Position numbers and translations under genes: made by a program | Shown: in pieces, positions 1-12,848 of the stretch | How the letters are laid out: each line of letters opens with the position of its first letter | Numbering within the stretch: the stretch's first letter is position 1 | The notes under the pieces: model-generated | The model's input: the letters and a program-made list of their open reading frames with translations, nothing else | Told to the model about the DNA's origin: nothing | Databases searched by the model: none | From: Eledone cirrhosa | Taxonomy: Eukaryota | Assembly: GCA_964016885.1 (NCBI GenBank) | Contig: OZ024741.1 | Span: 235,786,001 to 235,850,000, forward strand | Direction: 5' to 3' | DNA: 64,000 bases

Positions 1-122
1 AACCACTCATCTATTCCAAGTTTTTTAAGAACCCACCAGATAATGGAACAGAGGGCTCTGTTAAAAGTTTTCTCCAGGTCAACAAATGTTAAGTATAGGG
101 GTTTACTTTTAGCTAGGTGCTT
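1..122 (-). mobile_element. RTE-clade LINE reverse transcriptase fragment
   Basis: Reverse strand translates as KHLAKSKPLYLTFVDLEKTFNRALCSIIWWVLKKLGIDEW, the RT 'LYxxFVDLEKAFD' region. It matches the RTE pieces at 21160-22225. Confidence 0.85.
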
Positions 123-252
123 TATTTCATCGATCAAGGAAGGATAAAAGACAAAGTTGACTTCGGTGGGATTTGAACTCAGAATGTAAAGAGCCAAAAG
201 TAATACCTCTCTGGCATTTTATTTGACGTTCTACCAATTCTATCAATCCACT
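121..252 (-). mobile_element. tRNA-derived SINE (family A), partial
   Basis: Reverse complement carries the B-box-like GAGTTCAAATCC followed by GTCAACTTTG..TTTTATCCTT..TCGATGAAATAAA, as in about 10 other copies in the window. Confidence 0.75.
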
Positions 253-639
253 ATCCTATTCCTTGTGACTATATTAGTAATGAAATCATATTGGTGACAT
301 TCATGGAAACGGGTTCGGATTAGTAAGTGGTTATCTCCCTTTAGTTTAGTTTTCTTGATAGCATAGTATTATACATATTTATTTCATAAATACATTACAA
401 ATCGTTTGCAATTCTTTCGGAATGAAACTATAAACAGAGCATATAAATACATTTACAGTGGAATAACATAACAAATATGGTTTAAATATACACATAAATA
501 ACATTACAAATGATTCGATAACATTATAAATAGATCGCGATTCATTCAGAAAGATAAATTCTTTTAATGTTGCAATATTAAAGAAAATGTAAAGGAAGGG
601 GTGAACAACCGAGCCAACACCTGAACAAAAGATAGCAAC

Positions 640-1480
640 GTCGCGAGTACCGGGAAACCTCTCTAATGATTTTTGAGGCAAGCCAGCACACTCGCAGCGT
701 TGTTTCGGGTGATGGCGAGGCTGATGCGCTGAAACAGCCAAGCGCCCTCGCGAGATTCGCCAGTTACCTCTATTAGGCGAACCGCCAGTGAAGTGAGGAA
801 CCTCGCAGTCAGCGGCCCAAACGTTTCGAAAGCCACAGGCTGAAAAATGTAGCTGGCCGACAGATCAGAGTATTTTAGGGTCTTACTCCGCTCGGCTGCA
901 GGAGCTGTGGCTCTCGTCCTAACCGCAGCATCCCGGATGTGGGAAAGAGCAAAAGAGTCACTAACAGTGACGTCCCAGACAAGGCACTTGCCTCGACCAG
1001 GGGCACAAGGTAAGGCCGTCGGGTCTTTTGCCGTCACTTCTGGACAACCCAGATGGTTCCAAGACTGAGGGGATATTCGCCCGGGCCAAAGCTCTCTTTA
1101 GAATGAGGTTTAGTTCCGTGTGACGCGCGAAGCGGCCGGCATTCATGCGGCAAGAAAGACCGTGGAGGCCTGTGAAGTCGAGGAGTTTGCCACATCGGCA
1201 CCTCAAACCCATGCAGACGTCTGAGGGCGATGGAGACACGAAGTTCGTCCAGGCTGAGTAGGCCACCAACGTTGGCCACGGGTATGGCATCAACCCAGTC
1301 GCCTGAGTATTTGGCGCTGGTAGATAGTAAGCGGCACCTTGCAAACTGATCTGACTGGACGAATAGGGAGACGAAGGTGGCCTTCGAACTTATGCTGTCC
1401 CAAGTTCTCTGACTTCGACTGTCCTCCACCTTCTCAGGAAGAGACAAGCCCAATTCACTCCATTACTGGAGAGCTTCACC
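640..1480 (-). mobile_element. 5'-truncated, frameshifted CRE-like (R2-group, restriction-like endonuclease) non-LTR retrotransposon, 3' part
   Basis: Three overlapping minus ORFs join into CxC..H..C knuckle ([17 protein letters not shown]), [40 protein letters not shown] and LFQRISLAI.R.NAASVL, typical of a CRE C-terminus with RLE. Visibly GC-richer than the flanks. Confidence 0.8.
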
Positions 1481-1949
1481 CATATTTAGTACAGTAATCT
1501 TTGCTGTTACGAACACAGGAGATAGCTAACCAGGGGATAATATATTCTTTCATAATAGAGATTTCAGGACTTATCCATAGCTGTACATTAATAATTATGC
1601 GATATTTTGATATTTAATAACGGTTAGTAATTTTCACGGGAGGTAACCAACAACTACTGTAGTTCATATATTATAGATTACTTCCCTTCGGAAGTAAGTC
1701 TATACGACTTGGCGCTTAAGTGGATATTCGATTTGCTACAGAGAGCAGCCAAATCTCCCCCAAATCATCCCACTCAGCTCATCATTAGAAAATTTAATAT
1801 TAGAGTTGTTTTTAAATAAACAAATCCAACTAAATCTTATGAATTTTACAAATCCAATTTATTAAAAGTCAAAAAGACACAATGGCTTTTTGTTATTGCT
1901 GCTTCATGGTGACGTCAAAGGCAGCATGAAGTTGCAATAGTTGTGCTGG

Positions 1950-2585
1950 CTCTCTGCTCTCTGAGTTCAAATTCCGCCGAGGTCAACTTTGCGTTTCATC
2001 CTTTGGAAGTTGATAAAACAAAAGTATCAGTCTAGTAATGGAATCGACTCCCCACCCTCTCTCATTCTCTTGAATAATTTAGACCTGGAGAGGGGATGGG
2101 GTCCACCAGATTTTTAAAATACCCAACACGGCGCCCTACGAGTCTATCAGGACTCGTTCCCTTCTACGAAAAAATTAATTCTAGTATTGGCACAGGGTTT
2201 GCAATTTGGGGGAAGGATGGAAAATCGACCACATCAATCCCAGTACTTAACTAGTACTTTATTTTATCGACCCTGGAAGGATGAAAGGCAAAGCTGACCT
2301 GCACGGGATTTGAACTCAGAACGTAGAAAGTATTAACTAAATACTACAAAGCATTTTGTCAGACCCCCTACCGACACTGCCATTCCACCGCCCTTAATAA
2401 TGATTTCTCATTTAGCCACAAGGCCAGCAATTTTGTGGGTAGGAAAAAGTTGATTAAATCTACCCCTATGCGTCACTGGTACTTTATTTTAACGACCCCG
2501 AAAGGATGAAAGACAAAGCTAACTCGGAACGATTTGAACTCCGAACGTAGTAACTATATGCTACAGATACTGCCAAACCACCGTC
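1950..2585. mobile_element. Cluster of three family-A SINE copies (one plus at ~1950-2075, two minus at ~2180-2395 and ~2400-2585)
   Basis: CTGAGTTCAAATTCCGCCGAGGTCAACTTTGCGTTTCATCCTTT and reverse-complement copies GGTACTTTATTTTATCGACCC..AAGGATGAAAGGCAAAG..ATTTGAACTC. The central part resembles the Meta-domain of MetaSINEs (recalled, not aligned). Confidence 0.8.
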
Positions 2586-4409
2586 CTCTTTCCACGAAAT
2601 AATATCCATCATTCAAACAGAGTTTTTTCAAAAGCGCTACTTCTATGTTCTGCTCCAATTGCGTAGCAATGGTGGTGGCGTGTATTATTCTTAGTTTTAT
2701 TTGCATTATTTGTATTCGGGCATGTCACCTAGGTGGAAGGTGCGGTTTAGGGAGGGGGGAGGCTGTGTGGCATCCTCTCCACTACTTTTCAATGGTGCAT
2801 CCTCAGATTTACAAAAAAGTTCGGTGATATGTTTATTCCGAAACTCCACCTTAGAATTATTGTGAATAAAAGTTCACACAAAATGTTCTAGACTTCCCTC
2901 GGGCACCAAAGTATGGTGATGGGCCTGTTTGTTTTGTCTTTGTTTATACATCGTTTTCTGTCAAATCTTGTTCGTTCCGTGGTGAAATTTTTATCAAAAT
3001 GGCGTCAATTAAGAAAAAATATAATAATAATAAGATTGCCAAGTTGAAGAGAAACCATGTGTGTACCTTTGCTCCTCTTGAATGAAGTTACATTTACAAA
3101 AAATTATGAAACTGATCAATCACTGTGTGGAATTTTATCTTCAACCCCCACCCAATAAATACTATATATACACGCACACATACCCGCTATATATATATAT
3201 ATATATATACACATACATAAATATGACTATGTTAGAAGACACTTGCTCACGCTTCTGAGTATTGGCATCGAATTTAGAATTATGTGGTTATGTTAACGAC
3301 CTTATTTTAAACACTTACAAAACTTGCCAGAATTATTTCCCTTGGATCATTAATGGAAGGTTATGGAAGTATAGACTCAGCAGATAGCAGAAACGGTTGA
3401 GCGCCTGAATAAAATGTCTTGCTGTATATACTTGTGTATACGTTGCACATTCATTCTACCATATGTTTTGAACTAAGGGTTTGTAGGTTCAGTAGATAAG
3501 TCGGATGATGGTGTTTTTCGAGAAAAAAAGGCGAAGCTTATATGGTAGTTGTGTTTCTTGATATTCACAGTTCAAATCGCGACATAGTCGACTTAGTATT
3601 ACAATCACCCCACCACCCAAAGGGTCTGAAATACGTCACTCTTAGTTACTATTTAGCTTCAAGTTTAGCAGACATATTGTAGCGAAATCTCAACACATTT
3701 TCCCATGATGGTTCTTAGTCTGTAACACACGACCACAGTAATACTGAGATAACATTCTCTGTGGAAGGACTAATGGCACCAGTTGTATGCATGGAGAACA
3801 ATAGATGAATTTCCTTTTGGAAATTGAGTCTGTTTTTCGACTTGGCAAAAGTCTACTCCTTGACTTGGCAACAGAGAGTTCGCTTGTTTGATCCAGCTTG
3901 CAAGCAATGTAGTGACATATACAGGCAAACACTCTCGCTGGCCAGCTTTGCTAGGGTCGACACTAGCTGAGAAAATTTATCAACACTGGTTAGTTAAATA
4001 TTACTACATTTGCACACATGACACACTACAACTATACATATATTTCTTTTCCGTTGTTCATTGTTGCACATGATTTCGAAGTAAGTCATGTTCCAAATAA
4101 AAACATTATAATTAGCAGTGTTTTGTTCATTTGTTTATTCATATGCATATGATATGGGAAAATGATCTTCTCCCATAGTAATATCACTTCACACCATAAC
4201 TTCTTGTTTTGTTGAAAATAGCAAGCTTTCTCTTGACTCACTGAGACCAACTTCACTTGCCATTATTCAACCAACAGGTTACTCACTCATCAACTTCTCA
4301 CTTTTTCACTGCTACTACTACAAATGAACGAATCAACCAGACAACAAACAAACCAAAATTCTCTCAACTTATTTTGAGATGTTACATATAATATCTATAA
4401 TTGCATCAT

Positions 4410-4620
4410 CTGAGATGGTACAATATGATTTGAGGGAGATTTGGCTGTTATTTTTACCAGGTCAAGCAACCACATAAATGTTCTTCAGTTGGTTTGTTTA
4501 TTTACACTTTTGTTTTTAGCGCTGGGTTTTGCTTGATAGAGTAAACCTCCAATAAAGAAGTTCCAGATGTGGCATTCCACACTGTTTGTATATCAGGAAC
4601 TAAACCAATTAAAATGCCCT
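4410..4620. repeat. Dispersed repeat (probable SINE, family C)
   Basis: GATTTGAGGGAGATTTGGCTGTTATTT..CAGGTCAAGCAACCACATA recurs at ~1730-1780 (reverse), ~43850-44000 and ~48940-49070. Confidence 0.6.
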
Positions 4621-5389
4621 TCATTGAATAATAATTCCCATCATTAAGATTTCTAATAGCTTAGAGAAGGAAGAAGCAGAACCCATGACCCTTTTCAAAA
4701 CCTTCAAGAATGGTGGATGGAATGAAGGAATTTATTGACCTTTCTGACCTGAAAGAGTGGGCTCAGCTAAAGGTACCCAAGGACCAGGATGTGCTGTTAC
4801 ACCAGATGAAAGATTAAGTCTATCACCCACAAATAAATACAGCCCCTCTAATGGGTTTCAACAGTTTTCATTTACCAAATTCACACACAAGGCTTTGGTT
4901 GATCCGATTCTATAGAAGATAGTTGCCAAAAGTGCTGTGCTGTGAGACTGAACTTGAAACCACATATATTTTGGTAATGAACACGTGTAACAATGAACAT
5001 CATGGTAACAGATGCTTTTCTATTAATTTGGTAACAAATAAAATCATGTGAGCAGATGATTTCCATACAGAAAAAACGAATTAAAATCTGAGTTAATGAA
5101 AGATTGATTGGGCTTGCCCGCAGAAACTGTAAGCATGAGTATGTGTGTGGTCATTTGAAGTGTCATGTAGAATTTTTGTCCTTTTCTTCACATTTTTCTT
5201 CTAATTATATGCATCAAGTAAGACAAACTGGAAGTAAGCAAAACGATAAATTGAAAGCAGCTACAAGGGATGTCTACCATGGATGTTTCCTCAAATTTAA
5301 AACATCAATGTTCTTTCTTTCAAATTTAATTGGAGACAGAACCAGTGGGATTTATTCAAGGAAAACCTGAGTTTCAGGAAAATATTCAC

Positions 5390-6080
5390 CATGTTGAAAG
5401 CAAAGTCTACACAAAAGAAGATTACTTTCTCTAAGAGAGAAATTGGTATCAATTCAAATGATGTTAATGTGGAATATGGATTGGCCAAATCTATAATTTG
5501 TACCACAACAGTGGCCAAAGGGATGTGCAGACATCATAATACTTGTACCTCATATACCAATGATATAGAATATCTTTTATTAGTGTGAATCAAAGAGAAA
5601 CAACTAGTTGGAGTTTAATTTATGTGTAAAAACGTTCTGTCTGTCAAACAGGTTGAGAGGGATGATACCCCTGGTACACGTGCTGGTTGTAAGGGAAAAT
5701 CAATGGAATTTATAATCAGCAATGGTTGGTTTGTATCCTTCAAAAAACGTTCTGGTATTCAGTGTTGTGAGGAATGACAGCTGGCAGTTCAGACAAAGTC
5801 ACTAAAGAAAAAGAAAATCATGCAGAAGTCTATGGGCTTGTGAAGAAGGCTAATTTATGTTCTCAGTAGGTTTTTGATTGCAATGATACTGACCTTATTT
5901 TTGAAAAAGAATACATAGAACTTACTTCACACAGTGGAAGGCCAGATTGTTTGGACTTAAACTGATGAAGGATAGGGTAACCTTATTTTACTGAACAAAT
6001 GCTTTACAGAATTTGAAGGTGAAGCCACTCCTATTCAGAGCACCTTTAAGAAAATCAATTCCAACAAACAAACAAATTGT
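5390..6080 (+). pseudogene. Degenerate Tigger/pogo (CENP-B-like DDE) transposase relic
   Basis: Disrupted frames still read EYGLAKSIICT (HTH), SNGWF..FKKRSGI, xVFDCNDTDL (cf. QVFNCDETGL), KLMKDRVTL (cf. KPMKDRLTL) and KVKPLL..FKK. Confidence 0.75.
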
Positions 6081-6197
6081 CCTTAAATATATATATTTCA
6101 TTGATATGGTAACAGATTTTGGTGGTAATGAATGAGGTTCTGGAATAAATTAGATTTGTTATCAAGAGGTTGATTGGTTGTGGAATAAACTTCTTAA

Positions 6198-6409
6198 TTC
6201 TTTTGTTACCATATTTTTTAATGAAAGACATTGCCTATGATTTTCAAATAATTTTGAAGAATTTAGTAATATAACTTTTTTTCATTAAGCTGGTATTTGG
6301 AGCATAACTTAAAGATTCTTACATAAAATTATGATGAAACGATTTTAGGTAGATATAAGCATATAAATATAGACCATGGATGGTTTCAGATACCTTGGTA
6401 CCAAAAGGG
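6198..6409. mobile_element. piggyBac-type MITE (degenerate)
   Basis: TTAA at 6194-6197 and 6410-6413. Termini TTCTTTTGTTACCA and TGGTACCAAAAGGG are imperfect inverted repeats. Confidence 0.55.
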
Positions 6410-6634
6410 TTAAGCACACAGCCATGCCTGTAACAGTACAAAACTACCTAAGACCACCTCTGATTTGTGATTCATGTTGCACATTTTAAAATGTTCAGGT
6501 TAGATTTGAAACTTATAATTATAGAAGTTTTTGTTAAGTTCCAAACATTAACTCAATAATGACTAAGTTTAGTTACTTTACTAAATCTCTCAAGATTATT
6601 GATTATTTTCAAAATTCATTGAAACACATAGATA

Positions 6635-6880
6635 GGGTGACAAATTGACAGAGTTGTAAGAATGATGGGCAGAATACCTTGTGATGTTTGTTCTGGTTGT
6701 CTGTGTTCTGAGTTCAAATTCTACTGAAGTCAATTTTTTGTCTTTCACCCCCTTTGAATAACTAAATAAGTACTAGTCTAAGATGGGGGACTGGCAGAAT
6801 TGTCAGCACATCAGACATGATACCATACAGTATTTGTTAAGGCTCTTTGTGTTCTGAGTTCAAATTCTGCCAACAATCAC
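6635..6880 (+). mobile_element. Two tandem family-A SINE copies
   Basis: GTGTTCTGAGTTCAAATTCT occurs twice, each preceded by a GCAGAATTGT..GCA head. Confidence 0.7.
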
Positions 6881-7217
6881 TGGCCAAATACTGCATTTTT
6901 AGGACCCAGCTAAAAGTGGTGGGTTTCCAATGTTAAAAAGAGGAGTGTATTGGTTGCAATATACTTGTTACATCAACAGACATGGCTTCACACTCTAAAC
7001 TAAAGTGTGATAAATGCCACGACAGAATATTAAAGGATGTGGGCATTGTCTTTTATTAAAAACATGCTCCATTTTTGCACTAACTCCTCACTCTGTTACA
7101 ACCCATCCAACACTTAATGGCAGGGAAACTGGATGTTAAAAAAATTTTAAGATGCAAACCTGAAATATCCTAGAAGGAAATAAAAAAAAATAAGACTAAT
7201 ATTGAAGTGTTAACATT

Positions 7218-7223
7218 TTTATT
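7218..7223 (-). promoter_or_regulatory. Candidate polyadenylation signal (AATAAA) for ZNF1
   Basis: TTTATT on plus about 60 nt past the stop codon; a second one at 7052-7057. The hexamer is common in AT-rich DNA. Confidence 0.3.
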
Positions 7224-7283
7224 TGTTGTGATATGCCATATTTCTGTGTCTTGAGAAGTACACCCTCTCTACATATGGCCACT

Positions 7284-7379
7284 TCACCAATTTATACAAC
7301 ATGGGGGTGTTTGTTGAGGTCGATGGAGTTCATTAGAGCTTGCTGAAGTACACACTGAATGACTTGTTGAGTTTGTTGG

Positions 7380-7412
<33 letters not shown>

Positions 7413-8399
7413 ACTGGAGACAAACGCCTTCTTAAAGTGTTTCTTTTTATGCCTTTCCATGGTGTCTCTGCGAGCAAACTTTTGCAAGCAGATATTGCAT
7501 GGGTAAGGTTTCTCTCTCGTGTGTGTGATGGAATGTTTTTGGAGTTTGTCTCGTACAGGAAACTGTTTGGCACAGATTTCACATGCGTATGGTTTCTCTC
7601 CAGAATGACAACGGAGGTGCACCTGAAGCGTGCTTTTCTGTGAAAACGGCTTCAAACATATATGACACTTATATGGCTTCTCGCCAGTGTGAATTCGACG
7701 GTGTATCTGCATTTTGTCCTTTTGTGCAAATTGTTTCGGGCAGAGGTCGCAGTGAAACGGTTTCTCACCTGTATGTGTTCTTTTATGGACTTGCAGAGTA
7801 TCGCGGCGTGCAAACTTCTGTGTACAGAAGCTGCACTGGAAAGGTTTCTCGCCAGTGTGTGACCGTTTGTGAATGACCAGATAGTGTCTCTGGGCAAACT
7901 GTTTCAAACACGTCTCACACTGAAACGTCTTTTTATTTGTAAATTCCAACAGGTTTTTGGTCTTACCATGTAGACCATTCTTACTTTTACTAACAACTTG
8001 GTTCATATTTGGGGTAATTGTTGTTGGAGCTTGTACTAAATCTGAAGTTATTGTTGTCATTGCTGTCATCGTTGATCTTGCTGCTGCAGCTGTTGTTATT
8101 GTTGTTGTTGTTGGCCGTGGTGTTGGTGTTGGTGTTGGTGTTGGCGTCGGTGTTGGCATTGATGTATTTATCTTTATAACATTAGAGTCAGGATGGCTGC
8201 GGGTCAGTTTGAAAGCCCCATGGTTGACTTGATTATTTTTCAAGCAGCACTGATCAACACATCTTTCCTGTTGATCAGCCAAGTATCTGTGCTGTTCAAA
8301 TATACTGCTATATGACACACTGTCAATAGTTTTCAGTTCACAATTTGCTGAGCCAAACAAATGACAACTCTGGTCTGACAATTCATTTTTTTCATTCAT
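7284..8399 (-). CDS. C2H2 zinc-finger protein, 371 aa, six tandem fingers (called ZNF1 here)
   Basis: Intact ORF with six CxxC-x12-HxxxH fingers joined by TGEKP/SGEKP/TREKP linkers, a PT/T/A low-complexity N-terminal region and a S/T-rich tail. A pyrimidine-rich acceptor (..ttctgtttttgtaattag|gtttatcaaaaATG, AG at 8412-8411) precedes the ATG, implying an upstream non-coding exon. Confidence 0.93.
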
Positions 8400-8837
8400 T
8401 TTTGATAAACCTAATTACAAAAACAGAAATTAAAATTTCCAGAAAAATACAAATGAAAAGAAATTTCAAAAGAAAAATGTTTTTTCCATTAATATTTAAA
8501 AACTTTTCAGAGCTAATTAGTGACAAATATTTCTGAATATCTTATTAAAAACTAATTGTAGAACCTATTAATCAAGTTATGAGCTGCAAGTGTTGTGTTG
8601 TACCCTTAAATGAGGCTTTTAGTTTTCCTTGTACATAGTTTCATGTCAAATTTAGAAATTATTATTATTATAATAATTATTGTTGTTATTGCTGCTGCTG
8701 CTGCTACTACTACTACCAGTCAAATACTCAGGACAATGTACACAATAATTTTCATTATTATTAATTTAATCAACTTTCCCCTCTCTATGTTAGAAAGAAT
8801 TACCACTACCACTACTGTTATTATTATTATTAATAAT

Positions 8838-9622
8838 AGGGCAGTGGATTGGCAGAATTGTTAGAGCATCGGACAAAATACTTTACTGTGTTTATTCCAG
8901 CTCTCTATGTTCTGAGTTCAAATACTGCTGAAGTTAGCTTTGCCTTTCATCCTTATGGGGTCAATGTACTGGGGTCAAATTAATTTTCCTTCAAATTGCT
9001 AGCCTTGTGCCAAATGTAGAAATAATTATAAATGTAGGGCAGCAGTGATTGGCAATATCCTTAATATGTCAGATGAAAGGCACTGCAATATTTTGTTACA
9101 GCCCTCTACATTCTGAGTCCATACCCCACTATGGTAAACTTCTGAGATCGAAAAAATAGGGTACCAGTTGGGTACTGAAGTTGATATAATTGACTTCCCC
9201 TTCCCTCAAATTTGCTGGCCTTGTGCCTGAATTAGAAATCAATTTTAATGTTATAACAAAGTTTCACATTGATTATATAAAAAGATATCCTCTCTCCTTA
9301 TCTCCCTAAAAGCTAATGAAGGAATCTCTATGAAACATTCAGAAACGACACATTCCTGTAACTTTTCTAATCTAAATTTCAATTCTAATGCCTCCCTCAG
9401 TCTCTTCAACAATTTCTAGCATTTCTATGATAACAGAGATGTTTGCTCTTAACAGTTATTAATCAAGGCCCAAGGTGGCGAATTCTTAGCATGTCGGATA
9501 GAATGCTTGACAGTATTTGTTTTGGCTCTCTGCTCTCTCAGTTCATTCCCACCACGGTCAACTTTACCATTCATCCATTCAAGGTCGACAAAAAAAGTAC
9601 CAGTCTAGTACTGGGGTTGATT
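8838..9622 (+). mobile_element. Three family-A SINE copies (~8838-9030, ~9040-9240, ~9470-9622)
   Basis: GGCAGAATTGTTAGAGCATCGGACAAAATACT..TTCTGAGTTCAAAT..TTTGCCTTTCATCC and two diverged copies. Confidence 0.75.
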
Positions 9623-10315
9623 CTTCTTCTATATCTCTTTCTCACTTCAATTTTGTCACTCTCTTTCCTTTTATTTAGAAGAAATCTGCTGTATTCAGAC
9701 CTGGAGAAGAGATGGGCTCTGCTAGGTCTAAAAATTCCCTAGAAATGCTGTATGTCAAGACAGAGCCTCTTCGACTCCCTTAGGAGTTATAAGAAAGAAA
9801 GGAAGAATCATGGTCCATTATTTTTCATATATCATGGAATTGTCAATTCAATGGCATTGCTTCATTAAATATTTTATAAATTCTCTGAAGACAGAAAAAT
9901 AAGCAAAATTAATATCTAATTCTAAAGTCAGTGTTCAGATTATAATATATCGATATATCTATATACAAATAATGGAGCTTAAGCAAGGCTTTTTACTATT
10001 ATTGTATTTTCCTTTATATTTTTCTGCACAATTTTTGTCGAAACATGTTAGGACTAAATGTCTGAATTTTTCATCTTTGTTATTCGGGCATTTGGGGGTC
10101 AGCTGAAAATTTCATAGGATGACTATAAGGAAGTGATGCTAGAGCTGTGAAATCTTGCATGCATAAATTTCAACTCTTCTTATTAATAACTGCACTGTTT
10201 TTTTCCAGGGACTATGTTGAAAAATAAACCTCATTTGGTCACTCCATGAGTATCTTGTTGACCCTACAAACTTTTCAACCGACACTCATGTGTGTGTGTG
10301 TATAATACATATAAT

Positions 10316-10480
10316 TGTTTCTACTTTTGGCACAAGGCCAGCAATTACCCCAGTGTATTACTGGTACTTTATTTTATCGACCCCGTAAGGATGAAAGGCA
10401 AAGTTAAACTCGACAAGGGCCGTAACTCTATACGTCAAAGCATGGCGTCTGACCCTCTACCGATACTGCCAATCCACCGC
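10316..10480 (-). mobile_element. Family-A SINE with 8-bp target-site duplication
   Basis: CATATAAT flanks both sides (10308-10315 and 10481-10488). Near-identical to the copy at 21244-21423. Confidence 0.8.
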
Positions 10481-10824
10481 CATATAATATATAATGCACA
10501 AATAACACACCTGCACATACACAAAGTATAGTTAGATACAAAACACACACATTCAAATGTCCCTCTTTTTTCCTCTTTTATCTATAAACCCCATGTTTGT
10601 ACTTCTACTTTCTGTACCTTATCTTTGTATTCCTGTACTCCTGCTGAACGTCTAACATCCAATATATTGAATTTTCTTTTTCCTTTTTCAAGAATGAACC
10701 CAATAAGACTATTGTTGTATCTCTGTATGTCTTTTTTTAAAATCTATACATACATACACACACACACACATATATATATATATGTGTATATATATATTTA
10801 CACAAGTCCAGCCTCCTGTTATTT

Positions 10825-10859
<35 letters not shown>

Positions 10860-11297
10860 CACCACATGTTCAGTAAGAATGTTCCCAAAAATAAATATCA
10901 ACAGAATCAAGATACTTTTCAATTGAAATCTACTTATCATATGGTCTAGTTACATCCAAGCACTTTTGTTGTTGTTGTTGTTGTTGTTGTTGTTCCTATT
11001 TAGAAATTTGATAAGAGAGAGTTCCTACTTCAAATCTACAATTAAATTAATGAAATCAAAGCTCATTATATACATATTAGATCAAAGTAAGACTAATGAG
11101 TTATCTAATGGAATAACGACAAGAGATGTTGTTTCTGGAACCAATTTTCCAAAACCATGTCTTTTTTTTCTCTTGTCCAAATTCTTTGACTAGATGGAAT
11201 ATTCTGGAATAAAAATAAAGATTACATTAAAGGTAGGAATATGTATATACATTATATATATACACACACACAAGATTATGAATATACATATATATCG

Positions 11298-11930
11298 CCA
11301 CCATCATCATCATTTAAAGTCTGTTCTCCAGGCTAGTAAGGGTTGGACAGGTCGTCACAAACTAAGTCAGTACTGAATCTGGGCTACTGACTTCTCAGCC
11401 GGGCTGCATCTTGTTTACATACATTTCCAGACTCTTTCTTTTTACAGAGTGCCCTGAGTGCATTTTCGTGGCACCAGAACTAGGGAGGTTGTCGTATCTC
11501 TAACATGACTGAAGAATCAAGTTAACCCTTTGTTTGGTAAGCTTTACGTGGCTGGATGCCATTCCTATCACCAACCACTTTTCAGAGTGTAATGTATGTG
11601 TTTTATCATGCCATCAATACTAGCAAGGTTGTCGTGCCCTTGACACAACTAAAGCATTCTCTCAATTTTTTGTTTTGCATTGTTTCTATATCTGGATACC
11701 CTTCCTGTCACCAACCACCTTACAAAATGTACTGAGTGCATTTCGTGGCACCAGTACTATAGTGGTTGCTGCATCATGACTGAAGAGTCCTCTCAAACCT
11801 TTGGCTTGGTGTCTACAACTGGAATCTCTTCCTAACACTAACCACTTTACAGAGTCTACTGGGTATGTTTTATCATGACACCAGCCCTAAAAAGGTTACC
11901 CGTTATTGACTCAACTGAAGAACTTCTCTT
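11298..11930 (-). repeat. RTE-tail SINE (family B) with ~135-bp internal tandem units
   Basis: Starts with (CAT)n, i.e. a (GAT)n tail on minus. About four units of GCTGGATGCCxTTCCTxxCACCAACCACTTTACAGAGTGTACTGxGTGCxTTTTxxCxTGGCACCAG. Confidence 0.7.
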
Positions 11931-12639
11931 TAACCTACAAAGTATACCATGGATAAGGGACAATAAATGAAGGCATTACAAGTATGGTTGTATGATGGGT
12001 GTAAAAGGGGGCAAAGAAAGGGGTGAAAAATTATTTCATGAGTACATGATAGATGTGGGAAAAATTCAGAGAGCTACTATTACTATTGGCTAAAAAAAGT
12101 TTCTCCCCCAAGATGAAAGGCAGATTGTATGATACCTATACGAGAACTGTGAAGCTGCATTGAAGTGAGACTTGAAAGCAAAGAATCTGCGAAAACTGGA
12201 AAGAAATAAGGCAAGTATGCTCCAATGTATGTGTTATAGGAATATCCCATCCTTTCACTACATATGACCCCTTCCTTAGTCTCTTTCCACTCACATCCTT
12301 CAACCCCACTTCCTCATCCATCCAACACCAGCATGGAAAAATGTGCTCTCCTCTACACATTTGTAATTCCCCTTCCTTGTTCAACTTATGCCAGCATGGA
12401 AAAATCGGGAACACACACAATATACTGCCAGGCATAATTCATTCTCTTCAAGGTTGTCTCCATAACTTGATGTTTACACTCCTATGGTGGGGCGACCCCA
12501 CTCCTTCGGCAAACAGCATGTAGCTTGCCCCCCTTTCATTCCTACTACTGCCTCTCAAACCTGACCAAGAACACAATGAGCACCCTAGAGTTGTAAGAAG
12601 GTAGTGCTGAGGGCATGATATTCCACCCTGTAAGGTGGT

Positions 12640-12848
12640 AGAGCCGGAGTCATGATAAAATTCTGCCAGTACATGGTGTAAAGTGATCGGGATTATGAAG
12701 GGCATCAGTCATAGAAGTTAAGCAAAAATGGATCATATGAGCAAGATGTAGTCACCTGACTGGTTTAGCCTCAGAATGTGACAACCTATCTAACCCATGC
12801 AAACATGGAAAATAGATGTTAAATGGTGGTGATAATGAGGATGATAAT
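12640..12848 (+). mobile_element. Family-B SINE (RTE-like 3' tail)
   Basis: GAAGGGCATC..AACCCATGCAAACATGGAAAATAGATGTTAAA followed by a degenerate (GAT)n tail. Confidence 0.65.

Noticed and set aside
1955-1990. tRNA gene suggested by GTTCAAATTC B-box
   Set aside because: No cloverleaf; it is the head of a multi-copy SINE.
2996-3085. AAAATGGCG YY1-like motif and short ORF MASIKKKY
   Set aside because: A 28-codon ORF with no supporting exon structure; could equally be transposon debris.
3690-4400. Complex unique-looking sequence with 60-80 aa ORFs
   Set aside because: No recognisable motif or splice pattern in any frame; probably an old transposon relic.
9313-9350. CTAATGA..GAAAC hammerhead-like relic
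   Set aside because: G5 is mutated and stems I and III cannot be formed.
11505-11925. Recurrent CTGAAGA in the SINE tandem units
   Set aside because: No stem II or GAAA follows.
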